From contig OZ024741.1 of NCBI GenBank assembly GCA_964016885.1, forward strand, positions 395,870,001-395,934,000: DNA of 64,000 nt, in the 5' to 3' direction. The notes beneath the pieces are model-generated. The model searched no databases. It was not told where the DNA came from and was given only the letters and a program-made list of their open reading frames with translations. Below are positions 1-14,405 of the stretch, one piece after another (positions within the stretch are counted from its first letter, which is position 1; the number at the start of each line of letters is the position of its first letter). The position numbers and the translations under genes were made by a program. This DNA comes from Eledone cirrhosa (lineage: Eukaryota).

Positions 1-1490
1 CATGGAGAGGCAAACCGATGCCCTCCAACGACGTCGTCGGACGCTGGACGGAGGGCCCGGTGAAGCTGCTTGGGGTCTGGTTCGGACCAGACCTCCAGGT
101 GGAGAAAAACTGGAACGAGGTAACGGCCAGGGTGTTTGCACTCACCCAGAAGTGGGCCCAGTGCAAACTATCCCTGAAAGGTCGAGCGGAGGTGGCGAAT
201 ACTTATATAGCATCCGTCATCTACTACCGCTTGACCGTCGTGCCTTGCCCAGTGAAAAGACTCGCCAAAATGGAGTGGGCGCTGTTCCAATTTCTTTGGA
301 ACAAGCGGACCCCTTTGGTGAGGAGATCCATCTGCTGTCAACACCCTTCGAAAGGAGGGCTGGGGACGCCATGGCTACAGATGCGTAAACACGCATTAAG
401 GCTACGGCACCTCCAGGTATTCCTCACCGGTCAACCGGTGTGGGCCCCGTTTGTGAGGCGAGCCTTTCCCAGACTCGTCTCGCTCACCGAGCTGCAATCC
501 TGGGTCAAGCAAAGACCGAGAAAAGTGGGCGACTGGCACATTGAATGTGCCCAGGCGCTCACGGCCCTCTGGAAAGCGGACCCGGCAATCAGTGGAGACT
601 CCACCTCGACATTCTATAGAGGGTTAGTACGCAGCAGGTGCGACGATGCTCTCGGAGAAGCTCTAGGCATGGAGGAAGATGAACTGGCCAGTCTGTTCGG
701 TAGAACGTTTGGCCCTGGACCGATGGACAACTTCCAAAAGTCCCTGGCTTGGCAGTGCTACCGAGGGGCTCTACCCGTTCGAGACAAGCTCCACAGGCAT
801 GGGAGCCTGGGTAGAGATCCTTTGAATAAGATCTGTCCGAGATGCGTGCATGATGACTAAACCGTTGCGCACGCATTCGTACACTGCCCAGGCATTGCTG
901 ACCTGTGGGGCTATGTGGAACGACTACTGTCGAGGGTGGGACCAATCCGGTTGACCACCGAGTCCATTGTCACGATCAAACCGCCTCCCCCTTTCAAAAA
1001 CGAAGGAGAGGCGGTTTTTCTGTGTGTGATAGCCATGGCTAAAGAAGTTGTATGGTGGACGAGGCTGAAAGGGCTGAGGTCAGACACCTTTCTCTCCGGC
1101 CAACAACTGGTCCCCTTTTTCAAATACCATTTTAAAAGAAGGATCAGAATGGAGAGAGAGGTGCTCTACCCCAGCAAGTTTTATGAAAGGTGGGTGAAAG
1201 TAGGGAGAATGGCCAGAGTGAATGGGTCTTCTCTCTATATCAGCCTGTAGGTGAAAGAAGAGGAAAAAGAGGAGACGAGGGAAGCACCTACTCTTTGTGC
1301 TCCTGAGGAGAAAGGTTGCACATTTTTTCCGGGGTGTGTGCGACCCATGTTAATGCCCCCTCCCTATTGAGGACTTCGTTTGTTGTTGTTATTTCATTGT
1401 TATATTTTTGTACTCGTTAATTATATGTAAACTTCCCCCCTTGTATCTGTCCCTACCTTTTGTGCCCTAGTGGCAAATAAAGAAACCACT
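1..1490 (+). mobile_element. Tx1/L1-clade LINE, 3' part of ORF2 (RT C-terminus and zf-RVT) plus 3' UTR; pseudogenised
   Basis: ORF 18-860 has VKLLGVWFG, LSLKGRAEVAN, KGGLG and WQCYRGALPVRDKL..CPRC. Premature TAA at 858-860, after which the same frame continues TVAHAFVHC to TAG at 1250. AATAAA at ~1476. Confidence 0.9.
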
Positions 1491-1501
1491 CTATATATAC
1501 T

Positions 1502-1890
1502 ACTAACAGTGGTACCCGGCGTTGCACGGATTAAGGTATTTTGGAACGCGGGCCGCCAACAGTCCTAATCGTGGGAAAACTGCATGCCTGGACAATATGT
1601 AAAGAAAATAAACCGAAAAAAGCCCAAAAAAGCTGAAAAAAGGAAGTTTTTCACCTAATGCGCGCCCTAGGCCATAAAAAGGTGGATTTTCTTTGCTCAC
1701 GGTATGAAGAAGAGACTGACTAATACATAGTTTCAATTTCAAGGAAATTGGTCTGAGGTAACGCCTCAAAAAACCCCTAAAAAACTGAAAAAACGCAGTT
1801 TTTCGCCTAATGCAGGTCCTAGGGGATCAAAAAGTTGAATTTTTTATGTGCATAACTTTCCCTAAGTTTTGTGGTATTTATTCCGGCTCT
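1502..1890 (-). mobile_element. Non-autonomous Helitron-like fragment (3' terminus at ~1502)
   Basis: Minus strand ends ccgtgcaacgccgggtaccactgTTAG-T, a GC hairpin followed by a CTAG-like end typical of Helitron 3' termini. Internal repeated motif gaaaaaa..agtttttc.cctaatgc. Confidence 0.55.
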
Positions 1891-1904
1891 CTGATCTCTG
1901 AGTC

Positions 1905-2764
1905 TTTACCTCACATATCTCACATAACATTTACATGACTCTATATATACTATTGTATTTTCACAGTAAAGGCTTTACCTCACATAATATCTCACATAAC
2001 ATTTACATGACTCTATATATACTATTGTATTTTCACAGTAAAGGCTTTACCTCACATAATATCTCACATAACATTTACATGACTCTATATATACTATTGT
2101 ATTTTCACAGTTACGGCTTTACCTCACATAATATCTCACATACCATTTACATTACTCTATATATACTATTGTATTTTCACAGTAATGGCTTTACCTCACA
2201 TAATATCTCACATAACATTTACATTACTCTATATATACTATTGTATTTTCACAGTAAAGGCTTTACCTTACATAATATCTCACATAACATTTACATTACT
2301 CTATATATACTATTGTATTTTCACAGTAAAGGCTTTACCTCACATAATATCTCACATAACATTTACATTACTCTATATATACTATTGTATTTTCACAGTA
2401 AAGGCTTTGCCTCACATAATATCTCACATAACATTTACATTACTCTATATATAATATTGTATTTTCACATAATATCTCACATAACATTTACATTACTCTA
2501 TGTATATTATTGTATTTTCACAGTAAAGGTTTTACCTCACATAATATCTCACATAACATTTACATTACTCTATATATAATATTGTATTTTCACAGTAAAG
2601 GCTTTACCTCACATAATATCTCCCATAACATTTATATTACTCTATGTATATTATTGTATTTTCACAGTAAAGGCTTTACCTCACATAATATCTCCCATAA
2701 CATTTATATTACTCTATATATAATATTGTATTTTCACGGTAAAGGTTTTATCTCACATAATATC
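1905..2764. repeat. 63-bp minisatellite, about 13 copies
   Basis: Unit cacagtaaaggctttacctcacataatatctcacataacatttacattactctatatatactattgtattt(t). The ORFs over it repeat every 21 aa. Confidence 0.95.
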
Positions 2765-3481
2765 AAATATATGAGATTTTTATATTATTTATTTTGAGAA
2801 CAATACCTTAGTATGAGTTACCAGTTTCAGCCAGTTTGAACAGAAAGGTGACAGAATTCTGGCCGTATATGACTGATTTAAATGCTAAAGGGTTAATTTT
2901 CGTGGTGTTCTAAATTTCAAATAATTTTGCTTCTTCAATTTTATTTTTATTTCTCCTTAAGTCCTGATGGAATTATAGAGGTGCCATATTGACATACAGC
3001 ATTTGTTGGGCATTTTAAACCTGGCACAACCTCCTACCCAGGTTTCAATGCAGCAGATTTCTTCCAGAGAAAGTGAGAGACTGGAAGTGAGAAATAAATA
3101 TAGAGGAAGAATCGACCCCAGTACTAGACTGAAACGTACATACATATATGATGGCTGCCCCCTCGTTATCGAGTATGGCCATTGCACGATATACCATTAT
3201 TAATAATTATTAATTAATTCTATCGTGCAATGTCTGTGCGTGAAGATATTTTTTTAAGTGAAGAAAGACTGTGCACTGAGCCAATCCCACTCTCTGAGAC
3301 ACAGTAGCTATAACCCGAAAAGAAGAAAAGATCAACATCATCGGTAACTACTGAACCGCAGGTTTTATATCGGAGTCATCCCAGTTTCCTGAGTTGCCTT
3401 CTCCTAGAAGAATGCCCTGACAAAGGCTAGGAGTCTTTCACTCCCAGTGGTTTAACCGACTATTTCTACGTACATACATAC

Positions 3482-3514
<33 letters not shown>

Positions 3515-3522
3515 CAAACACA

Positions 3523-3602
<80 letters not shown>

Positions 3603-3664
3603 TATACATATATATATACACGCATACAAGCATGGTCCTGTAACTATTGAAGTCATAGGGGTGC

Positions 3665-3960
3665 CATATTGCCATAGGGGTTTCTGGGCATTTTAAAACT
3701 TGACGGAGCCCATCTCCTCTCCAGGTCTGAATACAGGAGATTTCTTCAGAAGAAGAAGGATAGAGAGTGAGGGAATGGAAGTGAGGAGATATAGAAGAAT
3801 CGACCCCAGTACATGACTGGTACTTTTTTTATCGATTTTGAAAGGATGAAAAGCAAAGTTGACCTTGGCAAGATTTGAATCAGAGATCAGAGAGCCGGAA
3901 TAAATACCACAAAACATTCTACCTGACGTTCTAACCACTGATAATTCACCGCCTTTTGCC
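3665..3960 (-). mobile_element. tRNA-derived SINE (family also at ~2985-3130, 4090-4460, 8922-9070, 32105-32300, 40541-40735)
   Basis: Shared body gttcaaatcccgccgaggttaactttgcctttcatccttacggggtcgataaaataaagtaccag, with A/B-box-like tRNA head in the fuller copies. Confidence 0.8.
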
Positions 3961-5009
3961 ATAATCTACATTTTCTTATACTTTTTTTACAACTATAATT
4001 CTATTATTATTATTTTCATATAAAATACCAGTAATGTACTGAGTAATTGCTGGCCTTGTGCCAAAAGTAGAAACAATTATTATTTTCATATTTTTCTGGC
4101 TCTGCGTTCTGAGTCCAAATCCCGCCGAGGTTACTTTTGCTTTTCATCCTTACAGGGTTGTTGAAATAAAGTACCAGTAACGCTTTGGGGTCAATTTAAT
4201 CTACTCTCCCCACTCACCTAAATATTGCTGGCCCTGTGCCTATAGTAGAAACCATTATTTTCAAATCTCGCTGTGGTTTACTTTGTCCTTCATCCATCCA
4301 GGGCCGAGGAAATAAAGTACCAGTAAAGAAATGGAGTTCATATAATCGACTCCCTCCTGCCCCAATTATTTTCTTATTTAGGCCGGTAGATTGGCAGAAT
4401 CGTTAAAGCGTCGGTCAAAATGCTTTGCAGTATTTACGTTCTTAATTCAAATTTCACCTATTGCTCCACCTCCCCTAGTAGGGCTGCTTATTCGTCCGAC
4501 AGTTACCCGCTTATATCACAACTAAGCCATCATATCTGGTGGCCGTATCGCTATACGCCACCTGCGACCTATTCTCTAGCAGAACAGTTCTGTTGAGATT
4601 TTATTTACGACCCTCTCAGGAATATGTGGGCGAAGAAAAAGTTCAAATTTCACCAAGGTCAACTTTGCTTTTCATTCTTCTTCCAAAATTATTGGCCTTG
4701 TATCAATGTTAGAAATAATAATTATTTTTTTATTTTATATTTTAAAATATATAACTCGCTTACTTCATTTTTTTTTAAATTCTTCTTTTTTCTTTCCTTT
4801 CAGAATTGCTTCAAAGGAAATCCTGAACGTGTCAACATTCCAATAAATAACTGAATTATTAACTTAATTATTACTAGTATAATATAATATAAATTAGAGA
4901 AAGTAAAATATAATATAATTGTTTCTACTTTTGGCACAAGGCCAGCAATTATTAATAATAAACATGCATTAAAAATATTTCGTTTGGACTTCATTTATTA
5001 ATGACCGAA

Positions 5010-5500
5010 AGAATACAATCGCAAATACAAGTGGATCTTTGGGGTAACGTTACTCGATAGAGTACGTAGCCCGGAGATCGGAGAGTCACTCCGGGTAGAG
5101 CCGCTATTTCTCCGAATTGAGAGATCACAGCTCCGATACTATAGACATGTGGTTAGAATGTTTCAGAAAGGAATCACTGGACAAATTTGTAACTCAGGGA
5201 TCAGAGAGTTGCTCCAGGTAGAGCCGCTACTTTTCCGAATTGAGAGATCACAGCTCCGATACTATGGACATATGGTTAGAATGTCTCAGGAAAGATTTTT
5301 CAGGCAAAACCAACTGGCAGGAGACCCAGAGATAGACCCCGTGCAAGATGTTGGATAACATCCATGAGCTTTGCTGGTCTTGCTTGGGAATTTAGCCTGA
5401 TCAGTTGGAGATGGTTAGTCTGACAGGACCTGTTGGAAGGAGTGTTTCAGGACTCTGCCCCAACACCTCGCTCAAGAAGAAGAAGAAGAAGAAGAAGAAG
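5010..5500 (+). mobile_element. RTE-clade LINE 3' fragment with (GAA)n tail
   Basis: IRELLQVEPLLFRIERSQLRYYGHMVRM motif, internally duplicated. (gaa)n at ~5475-5500. Related copy at 48950-49725. Confidence 0.8.
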
Positions 5501-5842
5501 ACTTTCTATTGGATCAGTGTTGGCAATAGTGTTGAATGTATTTAATTCTGTTTTGAAACTTGATGTGTACAGACAAGTTGGGAGATTCTCCAGAACGCTG
5601 AACGATGTTCTTGGGAGATGACAGTGGGTGGGAGGCAGAGAATGGTCAAACATCAATGCTAGACAGGGTCAGCTGGAGGAGGAACTTTGTCAGGGCTGCA
5701 GTAACAGATGTATAGAAGAAGAAAGAATCATTTAATTTTTGAAGTTTTTGATTGGTAACTATACATACCAGGACTAGTGGACTACATACCAGGACAATAG
5801 CATTGAATATATTTAATGTAGTGTCCAGGATTGGTATGTCAT

Positions 5843-6552
5843 ATTCAATTCAATTCAATTCAATATATTTAGCAGAAATTAAAACATAGATGCTTCAGAT
5901 GCCATGTAAGGAGGGGGGAGCAACATTTACACAGTCGGAAACACAGTGGTCCAACACCGGTCCAATTTCGCCTTGAATTGTTGCGTGGTTGACGCGTTGA
6001 CTACTTTTTCTGGAAGCCGATTCCAGGGTCCAGAGATGCGGATCGAGAAAGCAGCTTTCCGTCTATTTAGGCGAAAGCGGCGGTGAAACAGCTTTTTGTC
6101 ATGTCCACGTAGACCCCTTTCAAGTGCCGGAGTGAATAGGAGATCTTGAGGGAGATCGTAATGGCCATTGAAGAGATTGTAAGCCAAAATGAGATCGCCT
6201 CTTAGCTGTCGACACTCCAAGGAGAAGAGGTTCAGCTTCTGCAGCCGGCTTTCGTAGGGCAGCCCATGAAGACCCTGTACCATTCGAGTTGCTAGTCATT
6301 GAACTCTCTCCAAGTGATGGATATTCCGGATGAGATATGGGTTTGATGCTTGGATGCCATATTCTAGGTGCGGTCTCACGAGGGCGACATAGAGAGGCCT
6401 GAAAATTTCTGGAGTAAGTTTGGCAAAGGAGCGTCGAATAAGAAAAAGAGAGCTCCTTGCCTTGTTTGCGGCTTGAATGCAATGTTTTGATGGTTTGAAG
6501 GGCGAGTCGACCAGCAGACCAATATCTTTAGTCTCCTCAACCTCCTTCAAAG
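5843..6552 (-). mobile_element. CR1-clade LINE 3' fragment (ORF2 C-terminus), frameshifted, with (TTGAA)n tail
   Basis: YVALVRPHLEYG..HLERVQ, then [31 protein letters not shown]. (attca)n at 5843-5865. Inserted into the 23-bp minisatellite. Confidence 0.9.
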
Positions 6553-6594
6553 GACTAGTGGACCAGTGTCATTTATAATGGTGACAATAGTATT

Positions 6595-8082
6595 GACTGG
6601 TATATCATACATACCAGGACTGGTATAGTATACCATATATACCAGGACAGGTATACCATATATACCAGGACTGGTATACCATACATACCAGGACTGCTAT
6701 ACCATATATACCAGGACAGGTATACCATATATACCAGGACTGGTATATCATATCTACCAGGACTAGTAATGACATACTATACATACCAGGACTGGTATAC
6801 TATATATACCTGGACTTGTATACTATATATACCAAGAATGGTATGCCATACACACCAGGACAGGTATATCATACATACCAGGACTGGTATACCATATATA
6901 CCAGGACTGGTATACTATATATACCTGGACTTGTATACCATACATAGAAAGCCTGATATACCATACATACCAGGACTGGTATATCATACATACCAGGACT
7001 GGTATACTATATATCCCAGGCCAGGACTGGTATACTATATATACCAGGACTGGTATACCATGGATACCAGGGCTGGTATACCATATATATATCAGGACTG
7101 GTATAGTATGCCATACATATCAGGACTGGTATACTATATATACCATGACTTGTATACCGTACATAGCAGGACTGGTATACCATATATATATATATCAGGA
7201 CTGGTATACCATATATACCAGGACTGGTATACCATATATACCAGGACTGGTATACCATACATACCAGGACTGGGATACCATATATACCAGGACTGGTACA
7301 CCATACATATCAGGACTGGTATACCATATATACCAGGACAGGTATACCATATATACCAGGACTGGTATACCATACATACCAGGACTGCTATACCATATAT
7401 ACCAGGATAGGTATACCATATATACCAGGACTGGTATATCATATCTACCAGGACTAGTAATGACATACTATACATACCAGGGCTGGTATACTATATATAC
7501 CAGGACTGGTATACTATATATACCAAGAATGGTATGTCATACACACCAGGACTGGTATATCATACATACCAGGACTGGTATACCATATATACCAGGACTG
7601 GTATACTATATATACCTGGACTTGTATACCATACATAGAAAGCCTGATATACCATACATACCAGGACTGGTATATCATACATACCAGGACTGGTATACTA
7701 TATATCCCAGGCCAGGACTGGTATACTATATATACCAGGACTGGTATACCATGGATACCAGGGCTGGTATACCATATATATATCAGGACTGGTATAGTAT
7801 GCCATACATACCAGGACTGGTATACTATATATACCATGACTTGTATACCGTACATAGCAGGACTGGTATACCATATATATATATATCAGGACTGGTATAC
7901 CATATATACCAGGACTGGTATACCATATATACCAGGACTGGTATACCATACATACCAGGACTGGGATACCATATATACCAGGACTGGTACACCATACATA
8001 TCAGGACTGGTATACCATATATACCAGGACTGGTATACCATATATACCAGGATTGGTATACCATACATACCAGGATTACTGA
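6595..8082. repeat. 23-bp minisatellite (ACCAGGACTGGTATACCATATAT) with a 691-bp higher-order duplication
   Basis: The unit is visible directly. Near-identical ORFs are offset by 691 bp (7007/7698, 7145/7836). Remnant units at 5760-5840 lie on the other side of the CR1. Confidence 0.95.
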
Positions 8083-8391
8083 ATATATGAACAATCATGC
8101 ATATTGGGAGATTTGATTTTTTTATAAATTAATGGTTTGCATAAGAGAAACCTTACAGTTTATGTTGATTACTGACACATGGAAGTAATTAAAGGTAAGA
8201 ATGATATTTGATTTATTTCTAGGATATAATTACATAAATATTCAGCGTCTATGTAGAAATAACAGGATTAAATGTATGAGTAACTTTGGTGAAATTAATA
8301 TTTACATGGACCAAAGTACGGTTAGAACCTTGAGACTGGAAAGCAAACTTCTTGTTGTAGCAACATGACTGATAACAGGTAATATATTGTC

Positions 8392-9420
8392 TACTCCTGG
8401 GTCTTAAATAAGCATCCTCCTCCACACCACCGCGTGCTTATTAATCTTTTCAGATTTTTTCCACACCCCACCCCTACCCGACTTATTATATTTTGCTAAT
8501 CTATCTCCGGCGAAATTTTATTTTTAGTGGTAGCATTCCTGCGACAATTAATTTTCTTAATTTTACAATTTGCCTGTAAGCAGGTCTCTCTGGAAATAAG
8601 ATTGGGGGCGTTGAAGGTATTACGTGCCATGAGGGGCGGTGGCCCAAAAAGTTTCAGAACCTCTGGGTTAGGGTCTCAATATGTAAATTAAACAACTAAT
8701 TCTGGTTTCTAAAAAATTAACAGAGATAACCTGGAAAAATTACTGATTTTTCAAGACCCTCCCTCTTATTCAACACTCCCCTCCTGGGACCCGAGAGTAC
8801 AGAGTAATGTTACGTTAACTCAATGTATCGTGAAATCAATCACGTTCTAATATCTTTTTGCTTGTTATTTGATTCAGTGTTTTGATATTCATATTGGTAA
8901 ATTTTTGTTATATCCATCTCCACGGCGGTGGATTAGCCGTAGAATCGGTAGAGCGTCGAACAATATGCTTTATAGCATAGAGTTTCAGCCGTTTACGTTC
9001 TGAGGTTAGCTTTGCCTTTCATCCTTACGGGGTCGATAAAATAAAGTACCAGTAACGTACTGGGGTCAATCTATCAAAATATGAAAGTTTGTATCAAACA
9101 GATGTAAATTTACTCTCAGATCCCAAATAATAGTGGGAGGTGCGAAATAAGTAGCGGGGTGTTGGAAATTGGTAATTTTTCTATGTTGTCTCCGTTGGGG
9201 GTTTTTTTAAACCAGAATTAGTCGTTTTTGATTTCTAGTAATGTACTTTTTTGTCATGTATAGTTTTTTTAATGTATGAAGAAAATTAATTGTTGCAGGA
9301 ATGCTACCACTTAGAATAAAATTTCACCGGAGCTAGATTAGTAAAATTAGTGTATGGATAGAGTGGAATATGAGCTGGTTAGGGTTGGCGAAAATCTGAA
9401 AAAATAATAAACGTGGTAAA
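8392..9420. mobile_element. Two inverted copies of a MITE-like element (8392-8800 and 9111-9420) flanking a SINE
   Basis: 8490-8560 is the reverse complement of 9280-9345, and 8695-8800 resembles the reverse complement of 9111-9225. Ends are tactc...gagta. Confidence 0.6.
8922..9070 (+). mobile_element. tRNA-derived SINE
   Basis: ggcggtggattagccgtagaatcggtagagcgtcg head plus the shared gcctttcatccttacggggtcgataaaataaagtaccag body. Confidence 0.8.
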
Positions 9421-9854
9421 TTTGATGCCGAATGTTACATGGCTGGACACAAAGCGCCGCATAGAATCGAACTCATGTCCTTACGATTGTGAGCTGAATA
9501 CCCTAACCACAGAGCTACGCGCCTTCACATGCATAACAGTAGGGATCTCCGAAATATAAAAAACAAGAAAGAAAGATAACTCTGAAACTATCACTGATAG
9601 TTACTTGATTTATCTCCCTTGAAGAACTATCTCTATATTTAGATTTTATCTTTTATCTAGTCAATTTATCCAGTTATTTATCTACTTAATAAAACTTACT
9701 GAATATTAAGGTGACTTTTAACTACGCGTTTTGTAAAGCTTTTTACAATTTGTTGAACAGTAGGTCCGAACACAGAAGAGCCGAACTCCCACTGTCATCG
9801 CCTCCATCTCTCTCGTCCTCCCCATCTCTCACTATTACAAGCAAATGGGGTCCC

Positions 9855-10110
9855 ACGTGCTGGCCGCCACACAGCCCCGGCGGACAGAATGGAGAAGGCA
9901 TTTCCCCGGAGGATGGTAAGAGATGCGCTGGAAGAGCCATTCCATCTCGCGAGGCTCACACCTGCGGTTCGCCAGCTCAGCGCCTATGGTGGTAAGTAGG
10001 GAGGTAGCCCTAGGTCCAAGGACACTAGAAGTCTCCACTGCTAGGGGCTCGACTGTAAACCTGTCGGAGAGCAACCGATACTTGGAGAGTTTACTCTCCT
10101 CAGCCCATGA
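9855..10110 (-). mobile_element. CRE-like non-LTR retrotransposon fragment, restriction-like endonuclease C-terminus
   Basis: AEESKLSKYRLLSDRFTVEPLAVETSSVLGPRA..IG..EPREMEWLFQRIS, followed by a frameshift. Confidence 0.75.
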
Positions 10111-10329
10111 TAGTGTTTAATAATGAGAATTCGTTCTTTCATAATTCTAGAGTCGATTGATGTGGTACCAGTTAATACTATTTAGCCCTGGGTCAACATT
10201 GATCGAACAGACCTATGATCAAAGATATTCTAACCATGACCGTTGTATCATTTTTTTTTATTCAAGCAAAGTCTATCTAGGACTATATTACATAATGCTT
10301 TAGTATAGTAAATTAGATATTATCAATGT

Positions 10330-10612
10330 AATGTGAAATCATGTGGCCGTGAGTTCGACTCCCAGCTTCGCGTTGTATCATTGAGAAAGACACTTTATTT
10401 CACATTGCATCTGTTCCCTCAGCTATACATGTGATTCACAAGGCCAGTCTTGTCACACTGTCACACTGTGTCACACTGTGTCACACTGTCTCATACTAAA
10501 TCTCTCTGAGAACGACATTAAAGATACATTGCCTATGGAATACTGAGACACGTGCATGTTGCTTTTACAGCCAGGCTTTTCCATTGTTCGAACAACTTGG
10601 ACACTCATCGTA
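10330..10612 (+). mobile_element. CORE-type SINE fragment (related copies on - strand at ~61820-61960 and ~63000-63130)
   Basis: B-box gagttcgactccc followed by gttgtatcattgagaaagacactttatttcac, similar to the CORE domain. Confidence 0.6.
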
Positions 10613-10621
10613 TATATATAT

Positions 10622-10855
10622 ATATCAAAGATTAGCGAAAAGGAGAATATTTATGCAGAACTAATGAGAAATCTGAAGATACTCCACCCTGAATATACCT
10701 TCAGATTTATACCTGTGATTAATGGGGCACTGGGTGTGTTACTAACTGCCTCAGTACAAATCTTGAGAAGCTGGGCTTCACAGGAACAGAAAGAACACGA
10801 CTAGTTAGGAAATCACAAGTACAATCGATTAATGGAACAGTAAAAATTCTGCATC
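10622..10855 (+). mobile_element. R4/NeSL-like RLE-type non-LTR element, extreme C-terminal fragment
   Basis: KISEKENIYAELMRNLKILHPEYTFRFIPVINGALG, then a frameshift to LEKLGF..RKSQVQSINGTVKI. Confidence 0.65.
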
Positions 10856-11134
10856 TAATAACTGCATATACATTTGTACAGATACAAAGCATATGCACAT
10901 GCACACATACAACACAAAACATCCACATCCACACACACATTAACATCCATACCTGCACACACATGCATGCATGCAGACGTGCATACATATCTACCTAGTT
11001 GATGTTGTGTAAATTCCAATGAGAGAGTCTTGTGTCTATGTTAGAAACCGACTCTCTCTCTCTCTATTGGGAAACATTTATAAAATAATGAAACTAGAAG
11101 AACATACATGTATACATATATACGAAATAAATAA

Positions 11135-11973
11135 ATGAATCAGGGAAATGGCCATGTTCGTTATATAGAAAAGGAACTGGCATAAATTCTATAAGATGCA
11201 TACAATGCAGATCTTGGGTAGACAAGAGATGTAATGGGATAGCAGGCAAACTAACAGGTAGGGAGAAATACGTATGCAGTAGATGTACATGGAAAGTTGG
11301 CAGTAGTAATCGCAGTGATAGACACATTTTTCCAATGCAGGTGAGTTCTATAGAAGTGGTTGATAGCTTCCGGTACCTAGGTGATCAGATTAGCATGGAA
11401 GGTGGTGGGGGGGGGGGTTTCCGAGGTATCTAGAATAAGGACGGGTTGGAAGAAGTTTAGGAAGCTGCTTCCTCTGTTGACAAAGAAGGGTTTCTCTCTG
11501 CGTACGAAAGGACAGTTATATGATGCCTGTGTGAGATGCATGACGCTGTATGGTAGTGAGACCTGGGCAGCAACTGCAGAGGAAATGCGACGGCTGGAGA
11601 GAAATTAAGCAAGTATGCTCCGTTGGATGTGCAATGTCAATGTGCGTGAACGACCAAGCATAGACGAGTTGAGAAAGAAACTGGTTATAAGAGGGATAAG
11701 TTGTGGTGTGCAGGAAAGAAGACTGAGATGGTATGGACATGTGATGCGCATGGAGGATGACCGCTGGGTAAAGAAGTGCCAAGAAATACCAGTAGAAGGA
11801 AGACGCAGTGGAGACGCACGAAAAACATGGGCGGAGGTGGTGAGAGCAGACCTCAGATCGGTGAAACTCACAGAGGAGATGACGAAGGACCGTGACAAGT
11901 GGAGAGATGCTGTGCTGAATAGGACCCGTCCCACCCTTGCAAGCAGGGAAAAGCGGGCGTAAAATGATGATGA

Positions 11974-11976
<3 letters not shown>
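11135..11976 (+). mobile_element. RTE-clade LINE 3' fragment with PHD-like Cys/His finger; degenerate
   Basis: SGKWPCS..SIRCIQCRSWVDKRC..CSRC, RIRTGWKKF..YGSETW and RRLRWYGHVMRM. (gat)n tail. Confidence 0.9.
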
Positions 11977-12055
<79 letters not shown>

Positions 12056-12138
12056 TATATCATATATCATATATCATATATCATAGATATATATATATCA
12101 TATATACAAAGACGATAAGTGGAATGGAATGGATCTCT

Positions 12139-12189
<51 letters not shown>

Positions 12190-12193
<4 letters not shown>

Positions 12194-12344
12194 GAAGGAA
12201 TTGTGGTAAGGAACCAGATGGTCCATAACGCACCAAAGCACTCAATACTTAGGGTAGTAGAGTAGAGTCGGTAATAGGAACAAGTATGAGTCCAGAAATA
12301 GCCGTCGAAACCGCTTGAGCTCTGCCGTCTGGGTCATACTTGTT

Positions 12345-12348
<4 letters not shown>
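12190..12348. mobile_element. Short (TA)n-flanked palindromic element carrying a half hammerhead (same family as 34030-34228)
   Basis: About 85 bp of shared tail, then the inverted repeat taggaacaagtatga...tcatacttgttccta enclosing GAAAC-cgcttgagctctgcc-GTC. Confidence 0.65.
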
Positions 12349-12399
<51 letters not shown>

Positions 12400-12404
<5 letters not shown>

Positions 12405-12548
12405 CATAATCGGAGAAAGCTAAAAGCGATACTCCGGCCAAATTCCAGCTCACTCAACAAACATTAGGAAATACCTGAGTAAAATTCCTAATTAAACGTT
12501 CGGGGTGCTAACTAATTGTATTGTGTGGAAAATTGGCTGTATCATTTC
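12400..12548. repeat. About 150-bp (TA)n-flanked dispersed repeat; inverted copy at ~31240-31385
   Basis: ctcactcaacaaacattagga and ggggtgctaacta match the reverse complements tcctaatgtttgttgagtgag and tagttagcacccc. Confidence 0.7.
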
Positions 12549-12559
12549 ATATGAGATAT

Positions 12560-12616
<57 letters not shown>

Positions 12617-12851
12617 TATTAAGATTGGTGCTCTGAAATAGCGATGTATACATGAATGTATGTATAGTATATTTGGCAATATACCGGATGCTTAATTAAA
12701 AACATTTAGAAGACCATACGCTATCATTTTTTAAAGTAGTGACTATGTCACTTACTTCTTTTCGGCAAAAGAAGGGAGAGCAGCTGACAGCCTGTTTCAC
12801 GCTGGTTGGTGTTCATCAGAAACACGTACTCCCCTGCCTTCACCGAAAATG

Positions 12852-14405
<1,554 letters not shown>

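Noticed and set aside
1935-8116. Repetitive ORFs and CRISPR-like periodicity in the 63-bp and 23-bp arrays
   Set aside because: Head-to-tail tandem repeats without unique spacers, no cas genes, and a eukaryotic context.
8922-9000. tRNA genes
   Set aside because: Only tRNA-like SINE heads; no complete cloverleaf, and they continue into SINE bodies.
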